Source of the DNA: Methanospirillum sp.
GTDB lineage: Archaea > Halobacteriota > Methanomicrobia > Methanomicrobiales > Methanospirillaceae
Length of the DNA: 64,000 bases
Direction of reading: 5' to 3'
Assembly: GCA_012728895.1 (NCBI GenBank)
Contig: JAAYEG010000065.1
Coordinates: 7,538-71,537 of the forward strand
Part shown: positions 38,641 through 48,083 of the stretch, piece after piece
How positions within the stretch are numbered: the first letter of the stretch is position 1
Layout: every line of letters starts with the position of its first letter
Notes under the pieces: model-generated
What the model was told of the DNA's origin: nothing
The model's database searches: none
Seen by the model: only the letters and a program-made list of their open reading frames with translations
Position numbers and translations under genes: made by a program

Positions 38641-39474
38641 ATGGACGCGAGCGACTACTACCGGGAGAAGATCTGCATCGTCACGGGCGCGAACTCCGGC
38701 ATCGGGTTCGCGCTCTCGGAGGAACTGCTCAAGCGCGGCGCGACCGTCTATATGCTCGGGCGCGACCCCGCGAAGGTCGCCGGCGCCGCCGGAAAACTCT
38801 CGTCGCACGGAAGCCGGGTGCGGACCCTCGTCGCGGACGTGACGGAGCAACAGCAGGTGCAGGCGGCGGTCGAGGGGGCGGCGGCGGAGGCCGGCCGGCT
38901 CGACATGCTCTTCAACAACGCGGGGATCTTCCGGCCCCAGCTCTACGAGACGGCCACGCTCGGGGACTGGCAGACCATGATCGAGACCAACCTCTGGAGC
39001 GTGATCTACGGCGTCCACGCCGCCCTGCCGATCATGCTCCGGCAGGGCTCGGGCCACGTCGTGAACACCGCGTCGGTGGCCGGCCTGGACCCGTTCCCGA
39101 TGCAGGAGATCTACAACACCACGAAGTACGCGGTCGTCGGGCTCTCCGAGAGCCTGCGGTACGGGTTCGCGGAGAAGGGGATCGCCTTCTCCGTGATCTG
39201 CCCCGGCGACATCGCGACCCCGATCTACTCCAAGGTGACCGACCGCGAGGGCCGCGGGACAGAGACCCCCGCCCACGCGTACCCCGCCGATGCCGCGGCC
39301 ACGTACTCCCTCGACCGGGTGGCGGAGCGGAAGGGGATCGTCGTCGTGCCCGAACAGCCGTACACCGACCTCTGGAGGGGGTACGTGGTGGGAGATCCGG
39401 GCGTGGAGGCCATGCTCGTCCGGATGGCGCACGACCGCAGGGTGCTGCTCGAGACAAGGGGGACGTATATCTGA
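38641..39474 (+). CDS. short-chain dehydrogenase/reductase (SDR), type b, copy 2
   Basis: TGANSGIGFA, NNAG and YNTTK. Confidence 0.9.
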   Translation: MDASDYYREKICIVTGANSGIGFALSEELLKRGATVYMLGRDPAKVAGAAGKLSSHGSRVRTLVADVTEQQQVQAAVEGAAAEAGRLDMLFNNAGIFRPQLYETATLGDWQTMIETNLWSVIYGVHAALPIMLRQGSGHVVNTASVAGLDPFPMQEIYNTTKYAVVGLSESLRYGFAEKGIAFSVICPGDIATPIYSKVTDREGRGTETPAHAYPADAAATYSLDRVAERKGIVVVPEQPYTDLWRGYVVGDPGVEAMLVRMAHDRRVLLETRGTYI

Positions 39475-39523
39475 GACCTCCGTCGTCTTCTCGAAGGGTG
39501 TCATCGGCGGGGGAGAGGTAACC

Positions 39524-40834
39524 ATGAACGACGATACGACGCACCGGGACCCTGGCGGTCCGCACACACTCCAGTCCTACGCACAGCACAGGGCCGAGGT
39601 CGACCTCTCGATCGAGGTCGTGCTCCTGCTCGTCGGCGGAGTCTTCTTCCTGATCTTCGGCCTCCTCCTCTTTCCGATCGGGACGGGAGCGCTCCCCTAC
39701 AGCGAGGGCGCCATGTACGGGCTCTTCGTGGTGCTCGTCTCGATGCAGATCATCACCATGGGCAAGACCCCGTTCGGCGACCTGCTCCGGTCCTGGATCG
39801 TGGTAATCGCCGGGATCGTCACGGCCATCGTCGGGACGCTCGCCATCTTCTACCCCGGGGAGACGACCGGGCTGATCCGCGTGCTGGCCGGCGCGATCGT
39901 CCTTGTCACGGGGGCGCTCGGGCTCGTCCAGCTCGTCACCGCAGAGGATCGTGCACGGACCTGGCTGCGCGTCCCGGGGGTGCTGCGGCACCTGGCCGTC
40001 GCCTGCGCCGCCGTGTACGCCCTCGAGGTGGTCCTCGGGGTCATCACGCTCGTTCCTGGGGTCGTGCCCGTGGGGCTCACGGCGGGGATCTGCGTCGCCT
40101 TCGGCGCCGCCCTCGTGTACCTCGCCTGGGCGATCCACTCGGTCACGGCCCGGTACGCCCCCGAACCGGCGGAGGAGAAGGCGGCGGCGACGGGGGAGAG
40201 CCGGAGGGAGCGCCGCCCCCGCGGCCTCTTCGGAGAGGCCGGGCTCTCGGTCGGCGACTCGTTCAACGTCTTCCAGGGCGTCCTCCTGCTCCTCCTCGGG
40301 TGCCTGGTCCTCTTCATGATCCTGGGCGCGATACCGGCCTTCAACGCCGACGGCCAGCTCGGCCTGCTGCTGGTCCTGACCTCGCTCCAGATGCTCGCCC
40401 TCGGGCAGGTGGTGGGGAGCACGGTGACGCGCTCCTGGCCGCTCGTCGCCGCCGGGCTCGCCTTCGCCGCGATGGGGATCGTCTCGTGCATCGTCCCGGG
40501 GGTCCTCTCCTCGGTGATCTCGCCGCTCCTCGGGGTCCAGAACATCATCACCGGGGTGGTGCTCCTGGGCACCCAGGTGATCGGGCCGACCCTCTTCGGC
40601 ATCCGTCACCCCCCGGCCGAACCGGTGGCGATCCCCCCGCTCGTCAAACGACTCCTGCTCGTCCTCGCGGCGACCGGGATCGTGGCGATCCTGTTCGGCC
40701 TGAACATGCTCGCGCCGTTCCTCCTGCCTGGCCTGCTGGGGGTGGTGGCCTTCGCACTCTTCCTCCCGATCCTGATCGTGGTCATGGGGCTTCTGACCCT
40801 GGTAACGGTGCAGATCACCCGGAAACTGGGGTGA
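39524..40834 (+). CDS. polytopic membrane protein with internal duplication (two ~200-aa hydrophobic halves joined by a charged linker)
   Basis: The two halves share a pattern: ...GALPYSEGAMYGLFVVLVSMQIITMGKT... versus ...AFNADGQLGLLLVLTSLQMLALGQV.... The linker is EPAEEKAAATGESRRERRPRG. A DUF308/HdeD-like guess is from memory only. Confidence 0.7.
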   Translation: MNDDTTHRDPGGPHTLQSYAQHRAEVDLSIEVVLLLVGGVFFLIFGLLLFPIGTGALPYSEGAMYGLFVVLVSMQIITMGKTPFGDLLRSWIVVIAGIVTAIVGTLAIFYPGETTGLIRVLAGAIVLVTGALGLVQLVTAEDRARTWLRVPGVLRHLAVACAAVYALEVVLGVITLVPGVVPVGLTAGICVAFGAALVYLAWAIHSVTARYAPEPAEEKAAATGESRRERRPRGLFGEAGLSVGDSFNVFQGVLLLLLGCLVLFMILGAIPAFNADGQLGLLLVLTSLQMLALGQVVGSTVTRSWPLVAAGLAFAAMGIVSCIVPGVLSSVISPLLGVQNIITGVVLLGTQVIGPTLFGIRHPPAEPVAIPPLVKRLLLVLAATGIVAILFGLNMLAPFLLPGLLGVVAFALFLPILIVVMGLLTLVTVQITRKLG

Positions 40835-40926
40835 CGGGGCAGCGGGGCGGTTCTCCCCCCCCTCGCAGTCCCGGGCTGGAAAACCGGTGGCCACAGGCCT
40901 CCGTAAACCAACAGAATTACCAGTTG

Positions 40927-40932
40927 TTTTTT
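40927..40932 (+). terminator. T6 tract downstream of the ADC/SDR/membrane gene string
   Basis: cagttgTTTTTTcat lies ~90 nt after the stop at 40834, at the start of an AT-rich spacer. Confidence 0.4.
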
Positions 40933-40968
40933 CATTTGATATTATTTCTTTTTGACATTTTAGAAAGT

Positions 40969-40992
40969 TAATAAAGTTGACAACGTTTATTA
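40969..40992. promoter_or_regulatory. 7-bp inverted repeat TAATAAA-N10-TTTATTA in the AT-rich mod promoter region
   Basis: Read directly from the sequence. The right arm doubles as a TATA-like element ~70 nt upstream of modA. Confidence 0.35.
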
Positions 40993-41059
40993 CTCATATG
41001 AGCCAAAATATCGACGCGGCCAGGATCCTCGATCCTGGCATATCCAGTCTGGAGAAATC

Positions 41060-41827
41060 ATGGAAACCAACTACCGCCGTATCGCGGCGATGGGTGCATG
41101 TCTCATCGCCGGTCTCCTGTTACTCTCAGCGGGGTGCGTCAGCCAGGATGCCCCGCTGAACCTCTATGTGGCCGCGGGCCTGAAGAAGCCGATGGACGTG
41201 GTAATCGCGAACTACAGCGCGTCCTCCGGGTCCGACATCACTCCGAACTACGGCCCCTCCGGTGGACTCTATGCCCAGATCAACCAGAGTCAGCCCTGTG
41301 ACCTCTATTACTCGGCCGACTACAGCCTGATCGAGAAACTCGAGGCGGAGGGCAGGGTGAGCGAGGCCAGGAAGCTCATGAAGGAGTTCGTCGTACTGGC
41401 CGTGTCCAAGACCGGGCGGGAGAAAGGAATCAGGAACGCCTCCGACCTGACAGCGCCCGGCACCGTCGTGGCAGTCGCCGATCAGAGCGCCCCCGTCGGC
41501 GTGTACTCCGAAAACGTGCTCCGGAACCTGGGGCTCCTGGATCAGCTCAACAGCATGGGCAACATCAGGACGCGTCCCGGCACCGTGAACCAGGTGGCCC
41601 TGATGGTCCAGAGCGATGAGGTGGACGCCGGCTTCACCTACAGCAGCACCGCCAACCTCTACGACCTGGATGTCGCAGAGAAGTACGGCTACGATCTGTC
41701 CGAGGAGATCGTCTTCGGCGCCGCGGTGATCAGGGGAGGGAACGAGGAGAAGGCGAAGGACTTCATGAATTTCGTCGATCAGAACATCGAGGAGTTCACA
41801 AAATACGGCTGGGAGATCTATGCGTAA
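41060..41827 (+). CDS. modA: molybdate (or tungstate) ABC transporter substrate-binding lipoprotein
   Basis: Lipobox LLLLSAGC. LYVAAGLKKPMD...PNYGPSGGLYAQI...DLYYSAD matches the ModA pattern AAxSL...SSGxLxxQI...DVFxSA. Confidence 0.8.
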   Translation: METNYRRIAAMGACLIAGLLLLSAGCVSQDAPLNLYVAAGLKKPMDVVIANYSASSGSDITPNYGPSGGLYAQINQSQPCDLYYSADYSLIEKLEAEGRVSEARKLMKEFVVLAVSKTGREKGIRNASDLTAPGTVVAVADQSAPVGVYSENVLRNLGLLDQLNSMGNIRTRPGTVNQVALMVQSDEVDAGFTYSSTANLYDLDVAEKYGYDLSEEIVFGAAVIRGGNEEKAKDFMNFVDQNIEEFTKYGWEIYA

Positions 41828-42608
41828 GGTGAGCATCTGGGAAGTACTCTTCGTCCCCCTCTTTTTCCTCCTGATCTTCTACCCGATTCTCGCCATCCTC
41901 GGCAACGTCACCCTCGATGGGATGGCAAAGACCTTCGGGGACCCGGTGTTCTGGGACGCCGTCAAGAATACCCTCGGAACGGCCTTCTGTGCGGCGCTTC
42001 TCGGCGTGCTGATGGCCCTCGGGTTCGCGTATTTCTACATCTTCCACCCCGGGACCGTCATCTACAGGATCGCCGATTTCATGAACGACCTCCCGATCGC
42101 CCTCCCCCACACCGTCGCGGGGCTCGCCCTTCTCCTGGCATTCGGCAGGAACATGTTCGGGTTCGCCGGGCCGACCGGGCTCGCGTTCACCCTTGTCGCT
42201 GTGATCCTGGCCATGTTCTTCGTCTCCTACCCCCTGGCAGCCCGGACCATCGCCTCGTCCGCGGAGGAGATCGACAGGGAGCTGATCAACGTCGCCAGGA
42301 GCCTCGGCGATTCGCCGCCCCGGGCCTACCGGCGGATCGTCATCCCGCTCCTGGGCGAGGCGATCTTCTCAGCGTTCGTGCTGGGATTCTCCCGCTCGCT
42401 CTCGGAGTTCGCCGCGGTCATCATGTTCGGCGGGAACGTGCCCGGGATGACCATGGTGCTCGCCAGTTACGTCTTCACCAAGGTGGAGGAGGGAGAGGTG
42501 AGCATGGCCGTCACGGCCAGTGCGTTCTGTATCCTCCTGTCACTGCTGCTCGTGCTCTTCCTGCGCCTGGAGGTGAAATTCCGTGCTCGAAGCAAGAGAA
42601 CTGCATAA
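41820..42608 (+). CDS. modB: molybdate ABC transporter permease
   Basis: Overlaps the modA end by 8 nt. About 5-6 TM helices. EAA-loop-like ARSLGDSPPRAYRRIVIPL. Confidence 0.8.
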   Translation: MRKVSIWEVLFVPLFFLLIFYPILAILGNVTLDGMAKTFGDPVFWDAVKNTLGTAFCAALLGVLMALGFAYFYIFHPGTVIYRIADFMNDLPIALPHTVAGLALLLAFGRNMFGFAGPTGLAFTLVAVILAMFFVSYPLAARTIASSAEEIDRELINVARSLGDSPPRAYRRIVIPLLGEAIFSAFVLGFSRSLSEFAAVIMFGGNVPGMTMVLASYVFTKVEEGEVSMAVTASAFCILLSLLLVLFLRLEVKFRARSKRTA

Positions 42609-43269
42609 GTCATTCGACGATCGCCACGTCCTCAAGGGGGTCACGTTCGGCGTCGGACCCGGGGAGATCAGGGTCCTGATCGGGCTGAACGGGTGTGGCA
42701 AGACCACGCTCCAGCGGATCATCACCGGGATCCTCGAGCCCGACTCGGGCTCGATCAGGATCGGGGGAGAGGAGATCACCGCCCTCCCCCCCGAGGAGCG
42801 GCAGCTGGGCTACGTTCCGCAGAACACCGGCCTGTTCCCTCACCTCTCCGTCCGTGAGAACATACTCTATTCTCTGAAGAACGGACGGGGCTCGGTGGAG
42901 TCCTTCCACGGGATGGTGGAGCTCCTGGGCCTCGAGACGTACCTCGACCTGAAGCCGAAACAGCTCTCGGGCGGGTACAGGAGCCGCGTCTCCCTGGCAC
43001 GCGCCCTCGCGTCCTCGCCGAGGGCGATGCTCCTCGATGAGCCCATAACGGAGGTTGACCGGGCAAAGAAGGAGTTCGTCCTCCCCCTCTTCCGAGAGAC
43101 CCTCCTGGGGTTGAAGATCCCCGTCCTCTACATCACCCACGACCCCTGGGAGGCCGGGGAGATCGGCACCTCCTTCTCGATCATGAAGGGCGGGGTGATG
43201 AGCCCGATCTCCTCCCCCGAAGAGGCCTTTGCCGTGATCCGGCAGGAGGCCAGGGACTCCGGGGAGTAG
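42583..43269 (+). CDS. modC: ABC transporter ATP-binding protein of the mod operon (short form, no TOBE domain)
   Basis: GTG start overlaps the modB end. Walker A GLNGCGKTT, signature LSGGYRSR, Walker B MLLDEP. Confidence 0.8.
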   Translation: MLEARELHKSFDDRHVLKGVTFGVGPGEIRVLIGLNGCGKTTLQRIITGILEPDSGSIRIGGEEITALPPEERQLGYVPQNTGLFPHLSVRENILYSLKNGRGSVESFHGMVELLGLETYLDLKPKQLSGGYRSRVSLARALASSPRAMLLDEPITEVDRAKKEFVLPLFRETLLGLKIPVLYITHDPWEAGEIGTSFSIMKGGVMSPISSPEEAFAVIRQEARDSGE

Positions 43270-43290
43270 GCCTCTCCCCCCTTCTCTTTC
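43261..43290 (+). terminator. hairpin GGGGAG-N7-CTCCCC spanning the modC stop, followed by a C/T-rich tract
   Basis: Read directly: ggggagtaggcctctcccc then cttctctttc. Confidence 0.4.
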
Positions 43291-44073
43291 TACCGCCAGG
43301 ACGGCGTTTATTCCGCCCCGGGCCCGACCCGGCCGGGTGACCAGTAGGGGAGAGAACGGTATCGTGCGGCCCGCCGGCGCCGCCCCGGGCATTCGGATTC
43401 CTCCTGGACGGGGGGCGTGAGGGTGGCCGAAGGCCCAGGGCCGGACGACTGCAGGCCGCTTCTGCCTTCAGGGGGGAACGGCGGGGACGGAGCCCCGCCG
43501 GCAGGCGTTCCCGTTCGGCCTCGGGATGGCCGCCTCCAGGGGAGCGACCTGCGACTGGCATCGCCCTGCCAGGGCCCGACTCTCCGCGCCGCGTCCTCGC
43601 AGCCATCGCGGCCGCGATGCGGCCGCCGGGCATGGAGAAGATGGCGGGCCCGGGTTGCACTCCATCGCATCCATCATGGCCCCGTCCGGGAAGGCCCCGG
43701 GCCTGGATCCTTTCGGCCATCGCGCCTTCGGCGATCCCCCCGGCGCGCAGGATCGCCTCTGAGACAGTGGGGATGTGCCGTGCATTGGTGGATCGCTGAT
43801 CCCGCTGTGCCAATCCGCCTGGCCTTGCCACGGGGCGAGAGGGATTGGGTCACCGCTCAGCCGCCCTGGACGTGATGACCGCACGGACAAAGCCGTGCGA
43901 TAGCAGGCGAGAGACCGGACGATGCGTCCGGGCGGGTTTCGCCGATCCCGTTGGCCCTTTCACCACCTCCGAGATGCGGGGGGCATTCCTCGATGCCGCA
44001 CGCACGGCTGACGGATCGGGAGTACCGGCGATCAGGGGCCGGGCAGCTCGTCCCACCAGTCCGTCGCATCGGC

Positions 44074-44826
44074 TCAGTCGTTGAACCTCCGGTACAGCAG
44101 GTTCGCCGCGAACTGGAAGACGAGGATGAAGACGAGGAGGAGGCCGACGTCGACCGCCGGCCCGAAGTGGGCTTCGCCCGTGAAGCCTGCCCGGATCAGG
44201 TCGCTGCCGTAGGTCAGCGGCGAGAGGAGCGCGATGAACTGGCCGGCGGACGGGAGCTGGGAGAGCGGGATGAAGACGCCGGAGATGAAGATCAGCGGGA
44301 GCCGCACCAGGTTCAGCATGGACATGATGTCGCCCGGGCTCTCGGTCGGGTACGCGGCGAAGAGCGTACCCATGGTCGAAAAGCAGAAGGCCGTGAGGAC
44401 GACCCCGGCCACGAGGAAGGCGGGCCCGACGATCCCCGCCCGGAAGACGGCGAGGCCGGCGGCCAGCGGCACGAGGGCGATCCCGATGCTGTAGAGGAAC
44501 CCGCTCAGGCTCTCGCCCAGGACCACCGCGTGGAGCGAGATCGGGGCCGAGAGGAGGCGGTCGAAGGTGTTCATGCGCCGCTCGATCGGGATGGAGACCG
44601 GCTCGATCGAGGAGGCCGAGAAGAGGATGGTGATCGCCACGAGGCCGGGGACCAGGACCGTCGGCTCGGCCGGCCGGCCGACGGCGAACGCGAGGAACAT
44701 GAAGAGCGGAAAGAGCATGCCCGAGACGATGATGCCCGGCTTGAGGTACCAGATCAGGATGTCCTTCTTCGCGATCGCCCAGGCCGCGGCGAGCTCGGTC
44801 GAGACCTGCCCGAACCACCCCTCCAC
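44074..44826 (-). CDS. ABC-2 type transporter permease
   Basis: 250 aa with 6 hydrophobic helices. The start lies 1 nt after the upstream ATPase stop. Confidence 0.85.
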   Translation of the reverse strand: MEGWFGQVSTELAAAWAIAKKDILIWYLKPGIIVSGMLFPLFMFLAFAVGRPAEPTVLVPGLVAITILFSASSIEPVSIPIERRMNTFDRLLSAPISLHAVVLGESLSGFLYSIGIALVPLAAGLAVFRAGIVGPAFLVAGVVLTAFCFSTMGTLFAAYPTESPGDIMSMLNLVRLPLIFISGVFIPLSQLPSAGQFIALLSPLTYGSDLIRAGFTGEAHFGPAVDVGLLLVFILVFQFAANLLYRRFND

Positions 44827-44827
44827 C

Positions 44828-45784
44828 TCAGTCAGCGGTCGTCACCCCCTTCGTCCGGACGTCGAGCCCGGTCAGGCGGATGAAGACGTCCTCGAGGCTC
44901 GGGCCGCGGGTGTTCACGCTGATGACCCGGACTCCGGCGCGGGGCGCGAAGGCCATGACCTCCTCCAGCACCCCGGGCGGATCCTCGGTGATGAGCCGGA
45001 ACTTGTCGCCCTCCTTGCGCACCTCGCGGACGCGGGAGAGCGCCGCCAGGTCGTCCGCGGCCACCCGCCCGCCCGGGTGGAAGGCGACCTCGACCGACTG
45101 GACGGACTGGATCGTCTCCTTGAGCCGCTCGGGGGAGTCGATGGCCGCGATCCGGCCGTGGTCGATGATGGCCACCCGGTCGCAGGTCAGGTTCGCCTCC
45201 TCGATGTTGTGGGTCGTGAGGAAGACCGTGACCCCGTCCTCGTTCAGCCCCCGGATCACGTCCCGGATGATCAGGTTGCTCTGGACGTCCAGGCCCGAGG
45301 TCGGCTCGTCGAGGAAGAGGAGGCGGGGGGAGTTGACCAGGCCCATGGCGAGCGTGAGCCGCCGCTTCATCCCCTTCGAGAAGCCCCTGGTCCTGTCGTG
45401 TTGCCGGTCGGCGAGGTCGAAGACCTCGAGGAGCTCGGCGCCGCGCTTCTCGCGCTCGCGCCGGCCGACGCGGTAGAGCTCGGCCGCGAACATCAGGTTC
45501 CGCCAGGCCGAGAGGTCCGTGTAGATGTTCGAGGTCTCGTGCACGATCCCCATCTGCCGCCGGGCCGCGACCGTCTCGCGTACGATATCGTGGCCGAAGA
45601 TGCGGGCCGTCCCCGATGTCGGCGCCGTGATCCCGGTCAGGATACGGATCGTCGTCGTCTTGCCGGCGCCGTTCGGGCCGAGGAAGCCGAAGGTCTCGCC
45701 CTCGCCGACCGTGAAGGAGACGTCAGAGAGGGCCCGGAGGTCGCCAAAACGCTTCGAGATCCCGAGGGTTTCGATCGCATGCAT
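44828..45784 (-). CDS. ABC transporter ATP-binding protein (DrrA/daunorubicin-resistance-like)
   Basis: Walker A GPNGAGKTT, signature FSKGMKRRL, Walker B LLFLDEPTSGLD. A C-terminal accessory domain is present. Confidence 0.9.
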   Translation of the reverse strand: MHAIETLGISKRFGDLRALSDVSFTVGEGETFGFLGPNGAGKTTTIRILTGITAPTSGTARIFGHDIVRETVAARRQMGIVHETSNIYTDLSAWRNLMFAAELYRVGRREREKRGAELLEVFDLADRQHDRTRGFSKGMKRRLTLAMGLVNSPRLLFLDEPTSGLDVQSNLIIRDVIRGLNEDGVTVFLTTHNIEEANLTCDRVAIIDHGRIAAIDSPERLKETIQSVQSVEVAFHPGGRVAADDLAALSRVREVRKEGDKFRLITEDPPGVLEEVMAFAPRAGVRVISVNTRGPSLEDVFIRLTGLDVRTKGVTTAD

Positions 45785-46313
45785 GACAGGGCCAATCTCA
45801 CTCTTTCACGAGCACCTGCTAAGGGAAATAACATTCGACGGCGACATTGGCCGTGGTCTCCCTGCTGCGGGAAGCCTTCGTGACCGGAACCGTGGCAGCC
45901 GAACCGGATCGCGTGGGTCCAGGAGTCCGCGACGACGGCGCCGGGACGGGCGCCGGACCGCGCCTCGAGTACGGCCTTCGGCCGCACGGGGAGCCGTCCG
46001 GGTCCCTCGGAAGCGGCGTGACGTGGCCCGGCGGGGCGTCCGGGGCGTCCGCGCCGGCGTGTTCGGGAGAAGCGTCCCGTTCGCGAGGCAGAGCAGGAAG
46101 CCGTCGATCCCGCCCACGACCCGGTCCGACGCCTCGATGACCGCGTCCCCGTCCACGGATGCGCTCGCGTCGGTCCGGGCGACCGGGTCAAGGAGCGCGC
46201 CGGCGGGGTCGCCGGCGGGGACGAGGACCGGCGTCCCGAGGGGGAAGAGCGCCGAGGACGAGGTCGCGGATGGCTCCCCGGCCGGCGGACTGCGGAATTT
46301 GCTCTCCTGTCCG

Positions 46314-48083
46314 TCATCTCCCCTGCATCCTCTCGATGGCCCGTTCCAGCCCTGCAATCTCTCGCTCCCGCAGGACCGAGAGGTCGCGGCTCGCCTCCTC
46401 GTGCCGCCCCCGCTCCGCCACGGCCGCCGCGATCGCGCCGTGCGTCGCCAGGACCGCGTCGGCGAGCCCCCCGTCGAGCTCCGACGCGAAGGCCCGGAAG
46501 GCCGCGTCCAGATCCTGGATCATCGACCAGCGCAGGTTCTCGACGTTCGCCCGGACGAGGTTGCCGGCCTGCCGCCCGAGCCGTTCCCGGGCCCGCCGCT
46601 CGCGCAGCCGGCGCGGGAGGGCCCGCTCCATCACCTCGGCCGGGATCGGGACCAGCGGCGCCATCGAGAAGTCTCGCCGGACCCACCAGGCCCGCGACCC
46701 CTGCTCGAGCCGGTGCCCGGTCCCGGGCACGTGGTACGGCACGTCGAAGAGCTCGGCCGCGGCCGCCCGCACGGATCCGATCAGCCGCGCCGCGTTCTCG
46801 TGGTGGACCCGCAGGCGCCGGCCGAGCTCCTCGTCCAGCATCCCGGCCGTCGCCTCGATCTCCAGGGGAAACTCCTCGGCGACGGCCTCGGCCATGGCTT
46901 CGACCGCCGCCGCCTCGCTGCCGCTCTCCGCGAGTGCCGCGTCCGCGACCTCGACCAGGCGGGCCCCGTACCGCTCCCGGAGCGCGGCCGCGTGCGTCTC
47001 CACGAGCTCGGCCATCCGCTTCTGCTCCCCCGCGAGCATGTCCTTCGCGTACCGCCGCTGCTGCTCGGCCTCGGCCAGGGCCGCGTCGAACCGGGCGCTC
47101 TTCTCCTCCAGCTCCTCGCCCGGCATCGCGAGCGCCCAGAGCGAGAGCCGGAGCGCGAGCAGGACTTCGTCCGCGACCTCGCCCGCACGCTGCCGGACCG
47201 AGGCCTCGAGGACCTGCTGCTTCTCCTCCGCGAGGAAGGCGAGGAGGCGGTCGGCGATCCCGGCGCAGCCGCTCGCCCGCCACTCCGCCTCGTCGCCGCG
47301 CTCCCGGGCCGCGAGCCCGCGGCGGGCCGAGACCGGGTAGATGGGCACGTCCGAGGGAAGGTCCGCCTGCTCGGCGAGCACCCGCCGCAAAAAGCCCGTG
47401 GCGGCCGCGGCCTCGTCGTCGGAGAGGTAGTCGACCTTGTTCAGCACGAAGAAGAGGCGCGGGACACGGCCCTGCACCTTTTGGAGGAACTCGACCTCGA
47501 CCGCGGTGATTGGCGGGTCGGCCGAGAACAGGAAGAGGGCCGCGTCGCACTCTGCGAGATACGCCATCGTGGTCGCGGTATTGTGCGCGTACGTCGAGCC
47601 GATCCCGGGCGTGTCGATCAGCACCACGCCGTGCGCCAGCGCGGGTGACGGGTGGAGCACCTCGACCCCGGCCACGCCGAGCCGGTTTCCCGGGTTCGCC
47701 TCCTCCGTGACGTACCGGGCGAGGACGGCCGCGAGGGCCGCCGCGTCGGGGACGGCCGGCACCTCGTCGGTCCTGCCATCAGAGAAGTCGACCCGGACCT
47801 GCCGCATCGACCCCGCGCGGATCCGGGTCGGGATGGCCGTGAGCGGCACGACCGAGCTCGGGAGCACGGCCTCGCCGAGCAGGGCGTTCAGGAGCGTGGA
47901 CTTTCCGCGCTTGAACTGGCCGAGCACGGCCAGGTGAAACGATCCCGCGTCGAGCCGGAGGTCGAGCGCGTCGAGCCGGTCGGCCGCGGGTTCGAACTCC
48001 GGGCCGCAGGAACGGACGAGGGCGGCGAGACCAGCCAGGTCGGCCGCGAGCGAAGGGGGGTCTCTCGATGGTATCGGGTCCAC
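46314..48083 (-). CDS. dynamin-family (bacterial dynamin-like) large GTPase
   Basis: G1 GQFKRGKST, G3 LIDTPGIGS, G4 FVLNKVDYL, then a ~350-aa Ala/Glu/Arg-rich helical stalk. Start set at GTG 48083 after GAGGAGA. The alternative ATG at 48209 adds 42 aa. Confidence 0.8.
   Translation of the reverse strand: MDPIPSRDPPSLAADLAGLAALVRSCGPEFEPAADRLDALDLRLDAGSFHLAVLGQFKRGKSTLLNALLGEAVLPSSVVPLTAIPTRIRAGSMRQVRVDFSDGRTDEVPAVPDAAALAAVLARYVTEEANPGNRLGVAGVEVLHPSPALAHGVVLIDTPGIGSTYAHNTATTMAYLAECDAALFLFSADPPITAVEVEFLQKVQGRVPRLFFVLNKVDYLSDDEAAAATGFLRRVLAEQADLPSDVPIYPVSARRGLAARERGDEAEWRASGCAGIADRLLAFLAEEKQQVLEASVRQRAGEVADEVLLALRLSLWALAMPGEELEEKSARFDAALAEAEQQRRYAKDMLAGEQKRMAELVETHAAALRERYGARLVEVADAALAESGSEAAAVEAMAEAVAEEFPLEIEATAGMLDEELGRRLRVHHENAARLIGSVRAAAAELFDVPYHVPGTGHRLEQGSRAWWVRRDFSMAPLVPIPAEVMERALPRRLRERRARERLGRQAGNLVRANVENLRWSMIQDLDAAFRAFASELDGGLADAVLATHGAIAAAVAERGRHEEASRDLSVLREREIAGLERAIERMQGR

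Noticed and set aside
43270-44073. Possible gene between modC and the second ABC-2 permease (ORFs 43181..43831, 43417..43875, 43468..43890).
   Set aside because: All candidate translations are Arg/Pro/Gly-rich without motifs, and they mutually overlap in different frames. I treated the interval as non-coding or decayed.
45806-46357. Possible small PRC-barrel-like gene just downstream of the dynamin-like gene (..VDGDAVIEASDRVVGGIDGFLLCLANGTLLP.. then ..PVRPKAVLEARSGARPGAVVAD.. in another frame).
   Set aside because: It needs two frameshifts to give a coherent product, has no clean start, and the similarity is only impressionistic. At best it is a decayed relic.
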